This document shows, piece after piece, positions 39,408-49,787 of a stretch of 64,000 nt of DNA; within the stretch, counting starts at the first letter, position 1, and every line of letters starts with the position of its first letter. The notes under the pieces were generated by a model. That model had not been told where the DNA came from. It did not search any database and saw only the letters and a program-made list of their open reading frames with translations. Made by a program: the position numbers and the translations under genes. Where the stretch lies: NCBI GenBank assembly GCA_018015315.1, contig GCA_018015315.1_3629.1; one strand, given 5' to 3'. The DNA comes from a phage.

Positions 39408-40319
39408 TTATTTCCCGTTAACTTTGTTGTAGTTTCCCTGCTCAGATGGGACTATGGTAGAAGGTCTTCCATATTCCTGATAATACCAATCCGCAGCCGA
39501 TTGGGTAACACCGTTTTCATCTGTCCACATCATAGATTTGTATGGCTGCCACTCCTCTGCAGCGTTTGTGGATGCAGTGTCTGCGAATGCTCCTGTGTCC
39601 CTCTTGTTACCTACGTTACTACCATTCTTACAGTCGTTGACAGCGCCTTTTTGTTGGGTCTTGCCTACTTTCTTAGGATTGCTGTATACAGTTGCATTAA
39701 CAACCTTATTCAAGTAGAATGTGCGGAACTCTGTAAGTTCTACATCAAACACCATTGCAGCGCCTTCACCAACAGACTTGTTGGCAGAAAGACTGGTTAT
39801 GATGTAGTTCTCAAGAAGTCTCTCCTCGGTAACCAAAGAAACCAACTGTCGCTTATTGATAATCTCAGTCAAAGCCTCCAATGCAGCGCCTGGTCGCATA
39901 GATGCTGCAGGGTTTTTAGAGTCAGTATTCCTATCAATGTAGTTTTGCTCATAGATTATGTGTGGGGATGTATTTACCCTACCAGTAAAAGAAAATACAC
40001 CATCTTTAATTACAGCGTGGTCTGACAGGGTAGATTTATCTTCCACCGCAAACCCAGTCTTATCAACAGAATGTTTGAAAGAGTAATTCTCAACCTGATC
40101 GAAGATAATGGCAAGATCGTTAGTAAAGTTTTTACCCTTCATCTCCGTATTGCGACCGCCATAGTTAAGACCGCTGACAAACATAGTGTACTTTACATCG
40201 CTTTCAGTTTGCTGCTCTGCCTTTTCAGCCTTTGGAGATTTAACCTCTTGAGGCTTGTACAGGTCTTTTTCATCAACTATATTGCTTGGCATAACCTCTC
40301 CAGGACACTCCGATACCAT
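39408..40319 (-). CDS. hypothetical tail protein (distal tail)
   Basis: 303-aa ORF immediately downstream of the tape measure gene. Confidence 0.5.
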   Translation of the reverse strand: MVSECPGEVMPSNIVDEKDLYKPQEVKSPKAEKAEQQTESDVKYTMFVSGLNYGGRNTEMKGKNFTNDLAIIFDQVENYSFKHSVDKTGFAVEDKSTLSDHAVIKDGVFSFTGRVNTSPHIIYEQNYIDRNTDSKNPAASMRPGAALEALTEIINKRQLVSLVTEERLLENYIITSLSANKSVGEGAAMVFDVELTEFRTFYLNKVVNATVYSNPKKVGKTQQKGAVNDCKNGSNVGNKRDTGAFADTASTNAAEEWQPYKSMMWTDENGVTQSAADWYYQEYGRPSTIVPSEQGNYNKVNGK

Positions 40320-40361
40320 CTAAATATTGTATCATAAAATAGCCGTTTTTACAACACCGAT

Positions 40362-40386
40362 AAAATAAAGGGGGCCGGAGCCCCCC
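40362..40386 (-). terminator. intra-operon hairpin terminator/attenuator after the tape measure gene
   Basis: GGGGGC-CGGA-GCCCCC perfect stem followed by a U/A-rich run. Confidence 0.45.
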
Positions 40387-40397
40387 TGCACAGTTTA

Positions 40398-42734
40398 TTA
40401 CCAAAGGTCGGTAGACATGAAGTTGATATCTTTATTGTTCTCCCACTCAAGTTTTGCATCAAATATTTTGTTAAACTCACCCTCATCTATTGAAATCGTG
40501 ATTTTCCCATCACTGATCTCTAAAGGTAGCATTTCCATAGTTCTTAATTGAGAAGCAAAACCAGGGCCACCCGGCAACGGAAGAGTCCCGCCAGGCAAGG
40601 TGTCCAAAGGATTAACAAACCCGTTACCTCCCGATATGATATCTTTGCGAATCATATCGCTGATAGTATCCAGCTGCTGATTTCTTTCACTTAGTGGGTT
40701 GTAACGGTCATTAAATAATTCCCCGGCGCTTAGTATTGTACCGATAATACCCAGCTTACCGAGCAGACCAACTTTGCCACCAGGTGTCTTGAGGCCACCT
40801 CCACCTTTTCCTGCCGGAGCTCCACCACCAGACCCTTCTGTAGTAGCGGCACCCGCTGCTCCAGCTGCACCCCTTAGAGAGTTAAGGAATTTAAAGGTTT
40901 TTACAAGCATGGATGCCATGACAAAACCTTTTGTTAGGGCGTTGACTACCAGCATGATGGCAGCAGCAAACCCTGCCCATTTAGCATAGCTAAAGGTGTC
41001 ATGAAGCTCTTCAGAATATTCCTTCGTCTTAGCTGTTATGAATCCCCATTTAATCCCCCATTCAAGGAAAAACATGCGGATCTTGACTATAGTGTTGTTT
41101 AGTTCACCAACTACCCAGTTAAGGCCTCTCACAAACCCGCTAACAAAATCACCAGAGGCATCCCACACAAATTGCAGAGTCTCACCAGTGCGGATTAGTG
41201 TATAATAGAACTCTGTTAGTTCGTCAGACCAACGGGTGAACAGTTTCTGACGAGTCAGTTCGATGAAGGTTTTCAGTCTGTTTTCTGCCAGCACGTTAGA
41301 CTTCTGCATTCTTTCATAACCAGCTGCAGATGCCTCGTTCATGTACTTAGCCACATACTTCATGATCTTGGCTGTTTTAACCTCACCTTTCTTCATCATG
41401 TCCATGAACTGATCCATGGAGAGTTCAGAAAGACCAAAAGCCTCTTTGGTGGCCTTGATAAAAGGTTCGTATGCACCAGGCAATGCTTCAGCAAGTTGTT
41501 GCTTCAGTTCTTCGGACATTACTTGTCCCTTGCCAAGCATCTGTTGGATTGCCATAATACCGCGCTGGTATTTTACCTCATCGGCACCATAAGCAGCAGC
41601 ATACTGGGAGTATGCAGAAAACAGCTCATGCACTTCCTGATTTGTCATCTGGTTTTTGGCGTTTACCGACATCTGGGCGTAACCTTGAAGACCAGATTTG
41701 AGATCAAAACCAAGACGCATAGCCTCTTGCTGGACAAACGCAACCTCACTGTTAGCTTTGTTTGGATCTCCAGTAACAGCTGTAAGAGCAGCACTTGCCC
41801 CCTCCATCATGTGACCGGATCTGTTAACCGCAGCAAATCCAGAAAAAGCCGTATACGCAGCTGTTGCATTAATAACAGATCTACGTAGGTCTCTCATGGC
41901 ATCGCCTAGTGTAAGCGTTTGGCTGGTGGCGCTTTTAAACCCAGACTGCAGCGCTGACAGGTGGGCGTTAAAGGTTGACTTCTTCATCTCCCCGCGAGCA
42001 AACCTGGACTCTAACTCTGAGTATCCTGGCAAGCTTCCACGGAATCCGGCCCCATACTTGGCAGAAAGTCTTATCGCTGAGTTGTAGAGGTGGGTTCTCC
42101 TTGCCTCACGATCCGACATAAGCCTATTATCCATACCAGCTTTACTGTCTCTTCTTAGCTGTCTATGATAACGATTCATAGCGGCTGTCTGAGCTTTCAC
42201 AAGGTTAGGGTCGGAAGCCACACCACCCATATTAGGGTTACCGGGGATATATTTGAAAGATTTGGCATTAGCCAAAACTCTTGCCTTAGGTGCCTTATAA
42301 CCACCGTAAGACACTGGTGCAGATTTGGCAGCCTTTTTGGCCTCTTTAGCTTGCTGCTGGTAGAACTTACGCATCCTAGCCATTTCTGGATTTTTAGCGG
42401 TAAGATTACCTACAGCTTGTTTACGTCTCGCATTCTCCCTACGTTCTATTGCAGCCCTTACTGCAGCCTCTTTCTTGGCCTGTGCTACGCTCTCTCTGTG
42501 CAGTTTAGCATTTGCCTGAGATTGCTGTCTGGCAACCCTCTGCATTGTCTGCTGGGTTTTAACAGCTACCGCCTGCCATCTACTCATGGGGTTGGATGAG
42601 TTAAAATCCTCGCCCAGTTTCCTGAACTCCCTCCCAATACTGCGAATTTTCTCTACAGCTTTTTTGTAGGAGGAGTTCTCTATCTCAAAGCCAATCTTGT
42701 TGACTGTTGTGGCAACTATTTTGTTTGTAGCCAT
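40398..42734 (-). CDS. tail tape measure protein
   Basis: 778 aa; Ala/Lys/Gln-rich helical N-terminal half, hydrophobic segment, Gly-rich stretch; directly downstream of the chaperone genes. Confidence 0.8.
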   Translation of the reverse strand: MATNKIVATTVNKIGFEIENSSYKKAVEKIRSIGREFRKLGEDFNSSNPMSRWQAVAVKTQQTMQRVARQQSQANAKLHRESVAQAKKEAAVRAAIERRENARRKQAVGNLTAKNPEMARMRKFYQQQAKEAKKAAKSAPVSYGGYKAPKARVLANAKSFKYIPGNPNMGGVASDPNLVKAQTAAMNRYHRQLRRDSKAGMDNRLMSDREARRTHLYNSAIRLSAKYGAGFRGSLPGYSELESRFARGEMKKSTFNAHLSALQSGFKSATSQTLTLGDAMRDLRRSVINATAAYTAFSGFAAVNRSGHMMEGASAALTAVTGDPNKANSEVAFVQQEAMRLGFDLKSGLQGYAQMSVNAKNQMTNQEVHELFSAYSQYAAAYGADEVKYQRGIMAIQQMLGKGQVMSEELKQQLAEALPGAYEPFIKATKEAFGLSELSMDQFMDMMKKGEVKTAKIMKYVAKYMNEASAAGYERMQKSNVLAENRLKTFIELTRQKLFTRWSDELTEFYYTLIRTGETLQFVWDASGDFVSGFVRGLNWVVGELNNTIVKIRMFFLEWGIKWGFITAKTKEYSEELHDTFSYAKWAGFAAAIMLVVNALTKGFVMASMLVKTFKFLNSLRGAAGAAGAATTEGSGGGAPAGKGGGGLKTPGGKVGLLGKLGIIGTILSAGELFNDRYNPLSERNQQLDTISDMIRKDIISGGNGFVNPLDTLPGGTLPLPGGPGFASQLRTMEMLPLEISDGKITISIDEGEFNKIFDAKLEWENNKDINFMSTDLW

Positions 42735-42747
42735 GGTTTCCTCATAA

Positions 42748-42786
42748 TAAAAAGGGCCAGATCCCAGAAAAGGAATCCGGCCCTTA
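42748..42786 (-). terminator. hairpin (terminator or RNA-stability element) just upstream of the tape measure RBS
   Basis: 9-bp stem with one G-U pair, then UUUUUAUUAU, then GAGGAA RBS and ATG. Confidence 0.4.
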
Positions 42787-42788
42787 GA

Positions 42789-43037
42789 TTATCCTCTCCT
42801 GCGCTTAGCTTTCGCAGCAGCTGCGGCAGCCTTCTGCTCCCGCTCCATTTCCCTGTTTTGGACGGTATCTAGGAATTCTTCAATATCAAGATACTCACAG
42901 AGCTTCAGGAAATACGCCATATCTGCAAGATTTAGCGATTCAAAATTTTCCCCTTTGAAATTCTTGAGCACCCTGCACCAAAGAAAGTCGAACCAGTTGA
43001 GTGAACTGTTCTTGGCTGCCCACTCACTGGCCCTCAC
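42789..43037 (-). CDS. putative tail assembly chaperone (second ORF)
   Basis: 82 aa, GTG start; sits between the first chaperone ORF and the tape measure gene, as lambda T-like ORFs do. Confidence 0.4.
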   Translation of the reverse strand: MRASEWAAKNSSLNWFDFLWCRVLKNFKGENFESLNLADMAYFLKLCEYLDIEEFLDTVQNREMEREQKAAAAAAKAKRRRG

Positions 43038-43048
43038 AACAACCTTGC

Positions 43049-43522
43049 TTATTCCTGCTCTTCCGGAGTCTGATCCAGGTTGTTCACCTGCTGAATCATA
43101 CCCATCTGCTGTAACATCTCCAGAAGGCTTCCTAAACCGTCTTGTGTGAAAAAACAGCCGTAGTTAACCTCCAGAACCTTACCTGCCAGCTTAATCATCT
43201 CCAGCAGATGCCCCGCAAACACAACATCCGGGTTAAGCTTATCCACACCATCTACGGTAATATCTTCGAACAAGATTTTAAATAGCTCTTCAATAGAGTT
43301 ATCATCAAGTTCTTGGAACAGGTAAGCCAGAGCAGTAGGAAGGACCTCTGCCATGTTCTGACCGCCTGAGATAATAGATCCACCGATAGCACCTAGCGGG
43401 ACAGCCACAATCTTACCGATTTTAGGCATGTTTTTCATTGCTTTCATCGGTCCCCAATGGGTGATCACAAAGTTGTGCCCTGCTAAATCAATCTCTGTTG
43501 TAGGTCTAAAGTTTATAGCCAT
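43049..43522 (-). CDS. putative tail assembly chaperone
   Basis: 157-aa acidic protein between the tube and tape measure genes. Confidence 0.5.
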   Translation of the reverse strand: MAINFRPTTEIDLAGHNFVITHWGPMKAMKNMPKIGKIVAVPLGAIGGSIISGGQNMAEVLPTALAYLFQELDDNSIEELFKILFEDITVDGVDKLNPDVVFAGHLLEMIKLAGKVLEVNYGCFFTQDGLGSLLEMLQQMGMIQQVNNLDQTPEEQE

Positions 43523-43635
43523 TTTATAGCATCCTTATTAGTCATGTTGTGCACCATATTTGTGTATTTTACCATGATTAGGGTGCATTGTCAATTTAAC
43601 CTTTCAAGCAATTCAAGAACGTGTGTCAAAACCAT

Positions 43636-43668
43636 AAAAGCAAAAAGCCCCACCCGAAGGTGAGGCTT
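43636..43668 (-). terminator. rho-independent terminator after the tail tube gene
   Basis: Stem with UUCG tetraloop followed by UUUUUGCUUUU. Confidence 0.65.
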
Positions 43669-43683
43669 ATGCTAAAGTTGCCC

Positions 43684-44157
43684 TTAGATAATACCTGCAA
43701 GACCTGCTAGGCCAGTAAGAGCACCAGTGATGTTATCACGGTTGAGCCATGCATCCAGAATACCGATATCCCAGTCCAGTTGACCTACTTCGGTTCCGTA
43801 AGTCAGGTCAGGCTGTTTCTGGATCCAACCGATTGTGGAAATACCAGGACCCTGGCTACCTTCCAGCAGAACCGGGAAGAATACCAGACCAGTAATCGAT
43901 GCCTGTTTCTGCCAGTCAGAAAGGTAAGCGTTCCATACAGAAGTGTTCTGCAAAGATACAGTCATAACACCAGATTGGTTACGAGACAGGGCCGCAGACA
44001 TTTCGCCATCCACACCAACGTGAGGGTAGATGTTGTCTTCGTTTCTTGAAACAACGATCTTGGTGTCAGCAGCGAAGCCAGTGACACGCTGCTGCATCAG
44101 GTACAGTTTGACCTTTTTAGGATCATAAGCATAAGGAGTTAAAATTTGAGTTTCCAT
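43684..44157 (-). CDS. tail tube protein
   Basis: 157 aa, directly downstream of the putative sheath gene and followed by a strong terminator. Confidence 0.6.
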   Translation of the reverse strand: METQILTPYAYDPKKVKLYLMQQRVTGFAADTKIVVSRNEDNIYPHVGVDGEMSAALSRNQSGVMTVSLQNTSVWNAYLSDWQKQASITGLVFFPVLLEGSQGPGISTIGWIQKQPDLTYGTEVGQLDWDIGILDAWLNRDNITGALTGLAGLAGII

Positions 44158-44167
44158 CTAGTCTTCC

Positions 44168-45544
44168 TTATTCAGTCATTGCAACAGCATTGGTGGATTT
44201 AGAACCAACTTTGTCCAGAAGGACGTTGATCCGGATACGAACGAAGTGCAGGGCGTTGTTATACACCAGTTCTACTTTCACACCTTCCAGAACACGAGCA
44301 GCCAACTGATTGGTTGGAATCTCTGCACGTTTAGGAACTGTGATGATCGGGTCGTAGAACACATTGTTGTCTTCGTCAAAACCTGTCAGGATCGCACCAT
44401 TCTTAATGCCAGTGTTGATTGGGTTGTTCATCAGGACAGACTTGATAACCGGAAGATCATCATCAGACATCTTCATGCTTAAACCCATGTTGGAGCGACG
44501 ATGCATGTACCCAAACATAGATTCTTCAGATCTGAACTTGATCCAGTGTGCAAAACGAATAGCGTCTGCATACTGACCTGAAGCACACTTACCTTCCCAG
44601 AAAGCACCAACACCGTTAATCATTCTGTAGAAGTTAACGTGGTTTTCCCAAATAGCCATACGCTGAGTTAAAGTCAGAGACGGTGCAATCACACCTGGCA
44701 TCTGTTTTAAGTGCAAGCTGTCGCCGTAAGACGGATCGTTGGATGCCATAGCACCTATGATACCACCCTCCGGGAAGTCCTTATCTGCACGAGGATCGTA
44801 CATGCCGACACTGTCATATTGTGCAGCTTTCAGTTTGGTGGCGATGTTATTATCTTTACCCGTCACATCTTCTGCAGTAGAGTAGACATGCAGCTTGTAG
44901 TTAGCCTGAGCCCACTTAGCACATGCTTCAATGTCGGTGTGGTCTTCATGGCACAGGAAGTACCAATTGTCACGCTCAGCATTGATCTTATCAACTACTG
45001 TAGAAGGTTTTTCAGCATTGGCGATATTTTTGATTGTATAGTTACCAGTATGGTAACCAACAGTACAGTCACCAGTGATGGTGAGAACACCTTCAGAAGC
45101 CTCTACAGTGATATCGTCCAAGTTATCATCTGCTTCGATTTTAGTCTTCATTGACTCTGCAATCTGAGTTGCAGCTGTTCCACCAGAGATAGGGACTATC
45201 AAAGAGGTATTGTAGCTACCTTTTGCAATAGTCATTACGACATCGGTATCAGCTGCGGCAGCAATACCTTTAAAATCTACAGTGGTCTTTTCTTTGGCCT
45301 GTCTGCCGATCATAACGTATTGTGGAGGGAATACACCACCAAAAGCTTTTGCTGCAAACTCATACGCTGCAGAGCCTTGTGCGAAACCATCTTCCACCAT
45401 CTGATCCAGCTCTGCATATACGCGAGCTCGCTCAGTAAAGTTGTTGTGGATAGCGATGAACAGGGGAGTTTCGAAACCTACAGTGTCAATAGGCTGGGTT
45501 CCGAGGTTAACTGTAACATCTACCACTTTATCTAAATATGGCAT
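44168..45544 (-). CDS. tail sheath protein
   Basis: 458 aa; sheath-tube-chaperone-tape measure gene order. Confidence 0.6.
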   Translation of the reverse strand: MPYLDKVVDVTVNLGTQPIDTVGFETPLFIAIHNNFTERARVYAELDQMVEDGFAQGSAAYEFAAKAFGGVFPPQYVMIGRQAKEKTTVDFKGIAAAADTDVVMTIAKGSYNTSLIVPISGGTAATQIAESMKTKIEADDNLDDITVEASEGVLTITGDCTVGYHTGNYTIKNIANAEKPSTVVDKINAERDNWYFLCHEDHTDIEACAKWAQANYKLHVYSTAEDVTGKDNNIATKLKAAQYDSVGMYDPRADKDFPEGGIIGAMASNDPSYGDSLHLKQMPGVIAPSLTLTQRMAIWENHVNFYRMINGVGAFWEGKCASGQYADAIRFAHWIKFRSEESMFGYMHRRSNMGLSMKMSDDDLPVIKSVLMNNPINTGIKNGAILTGFDEDNNVFYDPIITVPKRAEIPTNQLAARVLEGVKVELVYNNALHFVRIRINVLLDKVGSKSTNAVAMTE

Positions 45545-45616
45545 TTGTTTCCTCTTAATATCTGTGCACGGATATCAAACACGCAGTGTAATCATTACAC
45601 TACACAATTATAACGA

Positions 45617-46168
45617 TTACTGACCACTGTCTGTAACCGCTTTACCAGAATTGGGTGAAGGGAAGTGTGTGGTTATTTCAGCCTTAATTCCCTGAAGATC
45701 CTCAAAAGCCCCAATGTCTGTTTCAACAAACCTTACGTTAAATGTCAGCATCACAGTGGCTCTATTTTCATACGTCTGCTTATTCAACGGCACTCTTTGA
45801 GGTGAGATTGTTGAATTGTTAGAGTAGGCAAAGCACGATCCCAGAGGGAAATACTTGTCATAAAACATTGGAAGGTTTATTGCTTGCAATACTCTGCTAA
45901 GTGCAGCATATGCCCTGCCACGATAAGCTGTTAACAGATAAGTAACAGTGTAGCTGTGGGTGACGTAAGCATTACCCTCCGCATCTTGAAACTCATTATC
46001 TTCCCAAGTGGTGGGATTGATCGCCAAGGTTTGTAAAAGCACAAACTCACCTTCCGGCTTCGGTATGGTAGAGCTTTCTGCCAGAACTACAGTTCTTCCT
46101 GTGGCAACCTTGACAAGCTTAGCAATGATTGTTTCAAGATCAGAAAAAACTTTTTCGAAAGCTTCCAT
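45617..46168 (-). CDS. putative tail completion / terminator protein
   Basis: 183-aa ORF between head and tail genes. Confidence 0.4.
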   Translation of the reverse strand: MEAFEKVFSDLETIIAKLVKVATGRTVVLAESSTIPKPEGEFVLLQTLAINPTTWEDNEFQDAEGNAYVTHSYTVTYLLTAYRGRAYAALSRVLQAINLPMFYDKYFPLGSCFAYSNNSTISPQRVPLNKQTYENRATVMLTFNVRFVETDIGAFEDLQGIKAEITTHFPSPNSGKAVTDSGQ

Positions 46169-46593
46169 CAGTCTTCTCCTTCAGGCTCTTCTACCACAAA
46201 AAATCTATATCTCCCACCACCAGAGGTAACATATGCATCGCATTTTAAAACGGTAAACCATTTCAAGTCACCACGGATGTCAGGCAGCTGAATTTGATCA
46301 GCCATTGCATATGTTCCTTCATCTGGACTATACAACTTGGTTGAGGAGTAGACTGTAAAAGCCTCGTACTGTCTGTCACCTTCTGGATTTATTTGAGAGG
46401 AGTAATCTTTAGCTGCCCTTCCTGTCAACGGCTGCACAACACACTCTAAGACATCAAACTCTTCATACTCAAGTTCTAACCCCTCGTTAGCAAAAGGACC
46501 ACCAACTGTTTTGTTATACACTCTGTGGCGACCTTTGAATGTTTTACGGGGTATTAGCCTGTTCTTTCCTATCAGCTTATAACCTGCTGCCAC
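46168..46593 (-). CDS. putative head-tail joining protein
   Basis: 141-aa ORF, ATGA-coupled. Confidence 0.4.
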   Translation of the reverse strand: MAAGYKLIGKNRLIPRKTFKGRHRVYNKTVGGPFANEGLELEYEEFDVLECVVQPLTGRAAKDYSSQINPEGDRQYEAFTVYSSTKLYSPDEGTYAMADQIQLPDIRGDLKWFTVLKCDAYVTSGGGRYRFFVVEEPEGED

Positions 46594-46602
46594 TCAACCC
46601 CC

Positions 46603-47079
46603 TTATTTTTGCTGTCCAATTTTAAAGGTTGCAGATTCCAGCAGCACATCGTAATGCCGCATAGCCTCGTTGAAGCCCTTCTCTTGTGCCCACTGCTCAC
46701 TAACAGTAGGGTTACTAAACTGACCAGCCTCAATAACAAACTGGATAGCTTTGGCCCCTGTGTCCCCCATCTGCTTAAGAATAGCCTCTGCACTTGATCC
46801 TCTAGCCATAGCTCTCAACAATTTTTCTGTCAAGGTCTGTAGTTGAGTGCTGTGAAATGCAAAAGCTGTCTCCATGAAATTGCGAACAGGCAGCCCGTTC
46901 CAACCGAAGTTGTGAATGGCTGCCAATGTTGCCATATTTAAGCCTGACGGGTGAGGTTCGTCATAAAAGCCGTAGGTTATTGTTTTACTTTCAAGTCTCA
47001 CAAGTTCTTTGTAGAAGCGATCTAAACGCTTTAGGTTGAACCTTGTTTGACATTTAACCTTTAGCATTATATCTCTCAC
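46603..47079 (-). CDS. putative head completion / connector protein
   Basis: 158-aa ORF in the head-tail joining block. Confidence 0.4.
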   Translation of the reverse strand: MRDIMLKVKCQTRFNLKRLDRFYKELVRLESKTITYGFYDEPHPSGLNMATLAAIHNFGWNGLPVRNFMETAFAFHSTQLQTLTEKLLRAMARGSSAEAILKQMGDTGAKAIQFVIEAGQFSNPTVSEQWAQEKGFNEAMRHYDVLLESATFKIGQQK

Positions 47080-47120
47080 TAATGTATTTTACCACAAAGA
47101 TACATCAAAAGCAACAATTT

Positions 47121-47741
47121 TTAAAAACTGCGTTTGCGTCTTGGGTGGCGAGGAGGTTGGTTATTTAGACCGCTGATAGGTGTAATCCCCTGGACATCGA
47201 ACGGTCCGTTGCTGTTTTCATTAAATTTAACCCGAATTCCTTCGTCTACACGAACACCACCAATGATAATCATTCTGCTGTAAGCATCTAGCTCAGAATC
47301 TACATAATCTGGGTGTGCCAGCAGCCAATCAAGAAAATCTTTCCACTGAGCGTAGGAAGATCCACCACGAATCTCTATGGTCTCATCACCTATTTTTTCC
47401 AGACGAGAAGTTATACTTGCATTACCGCTGGAAACTTCCTGCATCATCAGCCACCGCACAAGCTGCACAAGCACATTGTACTTAAGCAGGGGTAGCTTAT
47501 CAGGGTCTGCCGGATAATTTAGTTTCAACTTCTCCATGTCAAGGAATGTTTTAATTACCCCATCAGGGAGTGTTTCCTCATCAACATTTCCAAGCAATAA
47601 CCTCATAATATCAATAAGAGGTTGGTCTGGATCAGGTTCTGGGGGCACAGGATCTTCTTTTGGTGGTTCTTCTGGGGTATCGACTACACCATCATGGTTA
47701 GGCGGTGACGGGATAATCTCTTCATCTTCATACCATGCCAT
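47121..47741 (-). CDS. hypothetical virion protein with Pro/Glu/Asp-rich N-terminal linker
   Basis: Start set at the internal ATG (MAWYEDEE); the longer track ORF would run through the terminator hairpin. Confidence 0.45.
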   Translation of the reverse strand: MAWYEDEEIIPSPPNHDGVVDTPEEPPKEDPVPPEPDPDQPLIDIMRLLLGNVDEETLPDGVIKTFLDMEKLKLNYPADPDKLPLLKYNVLVQLVRWLMMQEVSSGNASITSRLEKIGDETIEIRGGSSYAQWKDFLDWLLAHPDYVDSELDAYSRMIIIGGVRVDEGIRVKFNENSNGPFDVQGITPISGLNNQPPRHPRRKRSF

Positions 47742-47754
47742 TTGAAAATACCTC

Positions 47755-47790
47755 GTAAAAATAAAGCCCCATTCCTGATTTGGAAGGGGC
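47755..47790 (-). terminator. putative terminator
   Basis: GCCCC...GGGGC stem with a bulge, followed by a U-rich run. Confidence 0.4.
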
Positions 47791-47800
47791 CTTAACAAAA

Positions 47801-48655
47801 TTATGCCAGTGCAGCCTCAAAATCTTTCATCATATTTTGGAAAGTTTTTGCCTTACTTAAGGTAACACCGTGCTCTTTAGCGAAGGTTTGGAGTGCATCT
47901 TTCGAACCACTTTTGTCATCTTCGTTGTTAAGAGCTGCGGCTTGGTGCAGTATGGCATCAACATCGCCGTGAGAAGATCTTGATTCTTGTGCCTGCTCAG
48001 GATCCTGTTCAGTACCTTCCGTACCCTCCTGTGCGGTCGGGCCTGGTGATTCCTCACTGCCACCACCAGGTTCAGTAGGGCCTACAGGTGGCTCCGGCTC
48101 TGGTTCAGGTTCTGGGGCTACTGTAGAAGTCAGCCCAAGATTTACAACCTGAGAACGTTTCTTAGGCCACTCAATGGTGAAAGTCTGGGTATCTTCTGCA
48201 TAAGCAACATCGCATTGCTCATCGTTTATGGTCACTTTTTTGGGCATCCCTTCAGGGTCCCACAGATGGCCCTCTGCCACTGAAACTTTGAAAGCGGCAT
48301 CTACCTCTTTAAACACTGACGGGGTGAGTGTGATATTGACATCACCGCTTTGCAGTGTTAAAGTGCTTTCATCAAGGTTCTCTGTGAAGAACAGAAGAAT
48401 AACACCCATACGGATAGTTGAGATACCAGTATCAATTGGCAGGCCTGTGTGTTTTGCAATCTTCTCGAAGAAGTCTACAATCGTTCTGCATGGATAGTGA
48501 ACACTTCCAATAACGAACTCTGTTGGTGGCAGCAGGGCTGATAAACCAACATTGATTTCTGGATTGTATTGTGCTAAAAATTGATAAAAACTTAACTGAT
48601 TGTTGAAAACTCTTAATAGAGGATCATACTCGACTGGATATACAACTCTATTCAC
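47801..48655 (-). CDS. hypothetical head-associated protein with PEPEPEPEP linker
   Basis: 284 aa; two domains joined by a Pro/Glu repeat and Gly/Glu/Thr-rich region. Confidence 0.5.
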   Translation of the reverse strand: MNRVVYPVEYDPLLRVFNNQLSFYQFLAQYNPEINVGLSALLPPTEFVIGSVHYPCRTIVDFFEKIAKHTGLPIDTGISTIRMGVILLFFTENLDESTLTLQSGDVNITLTPSVFKEVDAAFKVSVAEGHLWDPEGMPKKVTINDEQCDVAYAEDTQTFTIEWPKKRSQVVNLGLTSTVAPEPEPEPEPPVGPTEPGGGSEESPGPTAQEGTEGTEQDPEQAQESRSSHGDVDAILHQAAALNNEDDKSGSKDALQTFAKEHGVTLSKAKTFQNMMKDFEAALA

Positions 48656-48680
48656 GGGACACTCCTGTTAAACCCTAATA

Positions 48681-48713
48681 AATAAAAAGGGGAGGGGGAG
48701 AACCCCCTCCCCA
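48681..48713 (-). terminator. strong rho-independent terminator after the capsid gene
   Basis: Perfect 10-bp stem GGGGAGGGGG/CCCCCTCCCC with AGAA loop, followed by UUUUAUUUAUU. Confidence 0.75.
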
Positions 48714-48736
48714 TATGGGATGAATCACCTTAGTGA

Positions 48737-49753
48737 TTAGTCACCACCTTTCAGAGTTGCTTTAACAACCAGCTCTGGACGGGTGTTAACTGCCAGCATA
48801 GAGGTTTCAGATTCGATTTTCTGTTCTCTCAGGTAGGCAGAGTGTTTATACCACATATACAGCTCTTGAGCTGGGGTATTTGCATCTTCCACAGTGTCAG
48901 CCGGGGCAAAGTGCAGCTGGAACATCTGATCGATACCCATAGGCATCAGGCGAGCCTCACCGTCCGGAATGTTGCCAGAAATATCTTCGATAAAGGTCAT
49001 ACCCTTGTGTTCAAACACACGGTAAATGCTTTGTTCGCCACCTGCACCCAGACGACGACGCAGCGGTTCCTGAGAAGAGCTGTAGTAGGTGTAGGCCAGC
49101 TCTACCAGTGGGTGATGAACCAGTGCAGAGAAGAATTTCGGAGAGCACAGCGCGATGATGTTATAAGCACCAGCGTTGTCACCAGCCTGCAGAGCAATGT
49201 GCAGACGTGCATCTTCGATTACTTCCATCGGGTCCTGTGCTGCATTTTTAGGATCGATTTCGATAGATTTCTGAGAAACGCCCCACAGCGTGTAATAGTC
49301 ATACTGGCAAGTTTTGTCACCAGGTGCATAGGATTTACCCAGAATTGCAGAAAAAAGAGCTTTTTCACGCAGGGTTTCGTGGCTCAGACGAATACGACGA
49401 ACTACACGAGTAACCACGTCTTGCACAGTTTTCGGTGCATCTGGGGTGAAGTAGCGACGAAAGTTCTGAACGTCCGCAGCAGTAATGCCCTTATCCAGCG
49501 GGAAGAACGGGATGTTCAGGTTTTTGATCTGTGCACGTTCGCTATCAACGTAGTTACGTTCACCACCACGACGGCGAGCGGCGATATCACCAACCACTTC
49601 ATCAACACGTTCGATCTGTGCGATTGTTGAGGTGCCGAGATGGGTTTCAAACAGATCCATACCAGTGATCAGGCGATATTGGCGCGGAACCAGTTCAAGA
49701 GTAGCACCTAAATCAACAATACCAAAATCATCTTTACGCATTATTTTCTCCAA
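48737..49753 (-). CDS. major capsid protein (putative)
   Basis: 338 aa; follows scaffold and decoration-like genes; flanked by the strongest terminator in the window. Confidence 0.65.
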   Translation of the reverse strand: MEKIMRKDDFGIVDLGATLELVPRQYRLITGMDLFETHLGTSTIAQIERVDEVVGDIAARRRGGERNYVDSERAQIKNLNIPFFPLDKGITAADVQNFRRYFTPDAPKTVQDVVTRVVRRIRLSHETLREKALFSAILGKSYAPGDKTCQYDYYTLWGVSQKSIEIDPKNAAQDPMEVIEDARLHIALQAGDNAGAYNIIALCSPKFFSALVHHPLVELAYTYYSSSQEPLRRRLGAGGEQSIYRVFEHKGMTFIEDISGNIPDGEARLMPMGIDQMFQLHFAPADTVEDANTPAQELYMWYKHSAYLREQKIESETSMLAVNTRPELVVKATLKGGD

Positions 49754-49787
49754 ATAACTTTAAAATTTGTTTCCCAAAGATCTAGGA

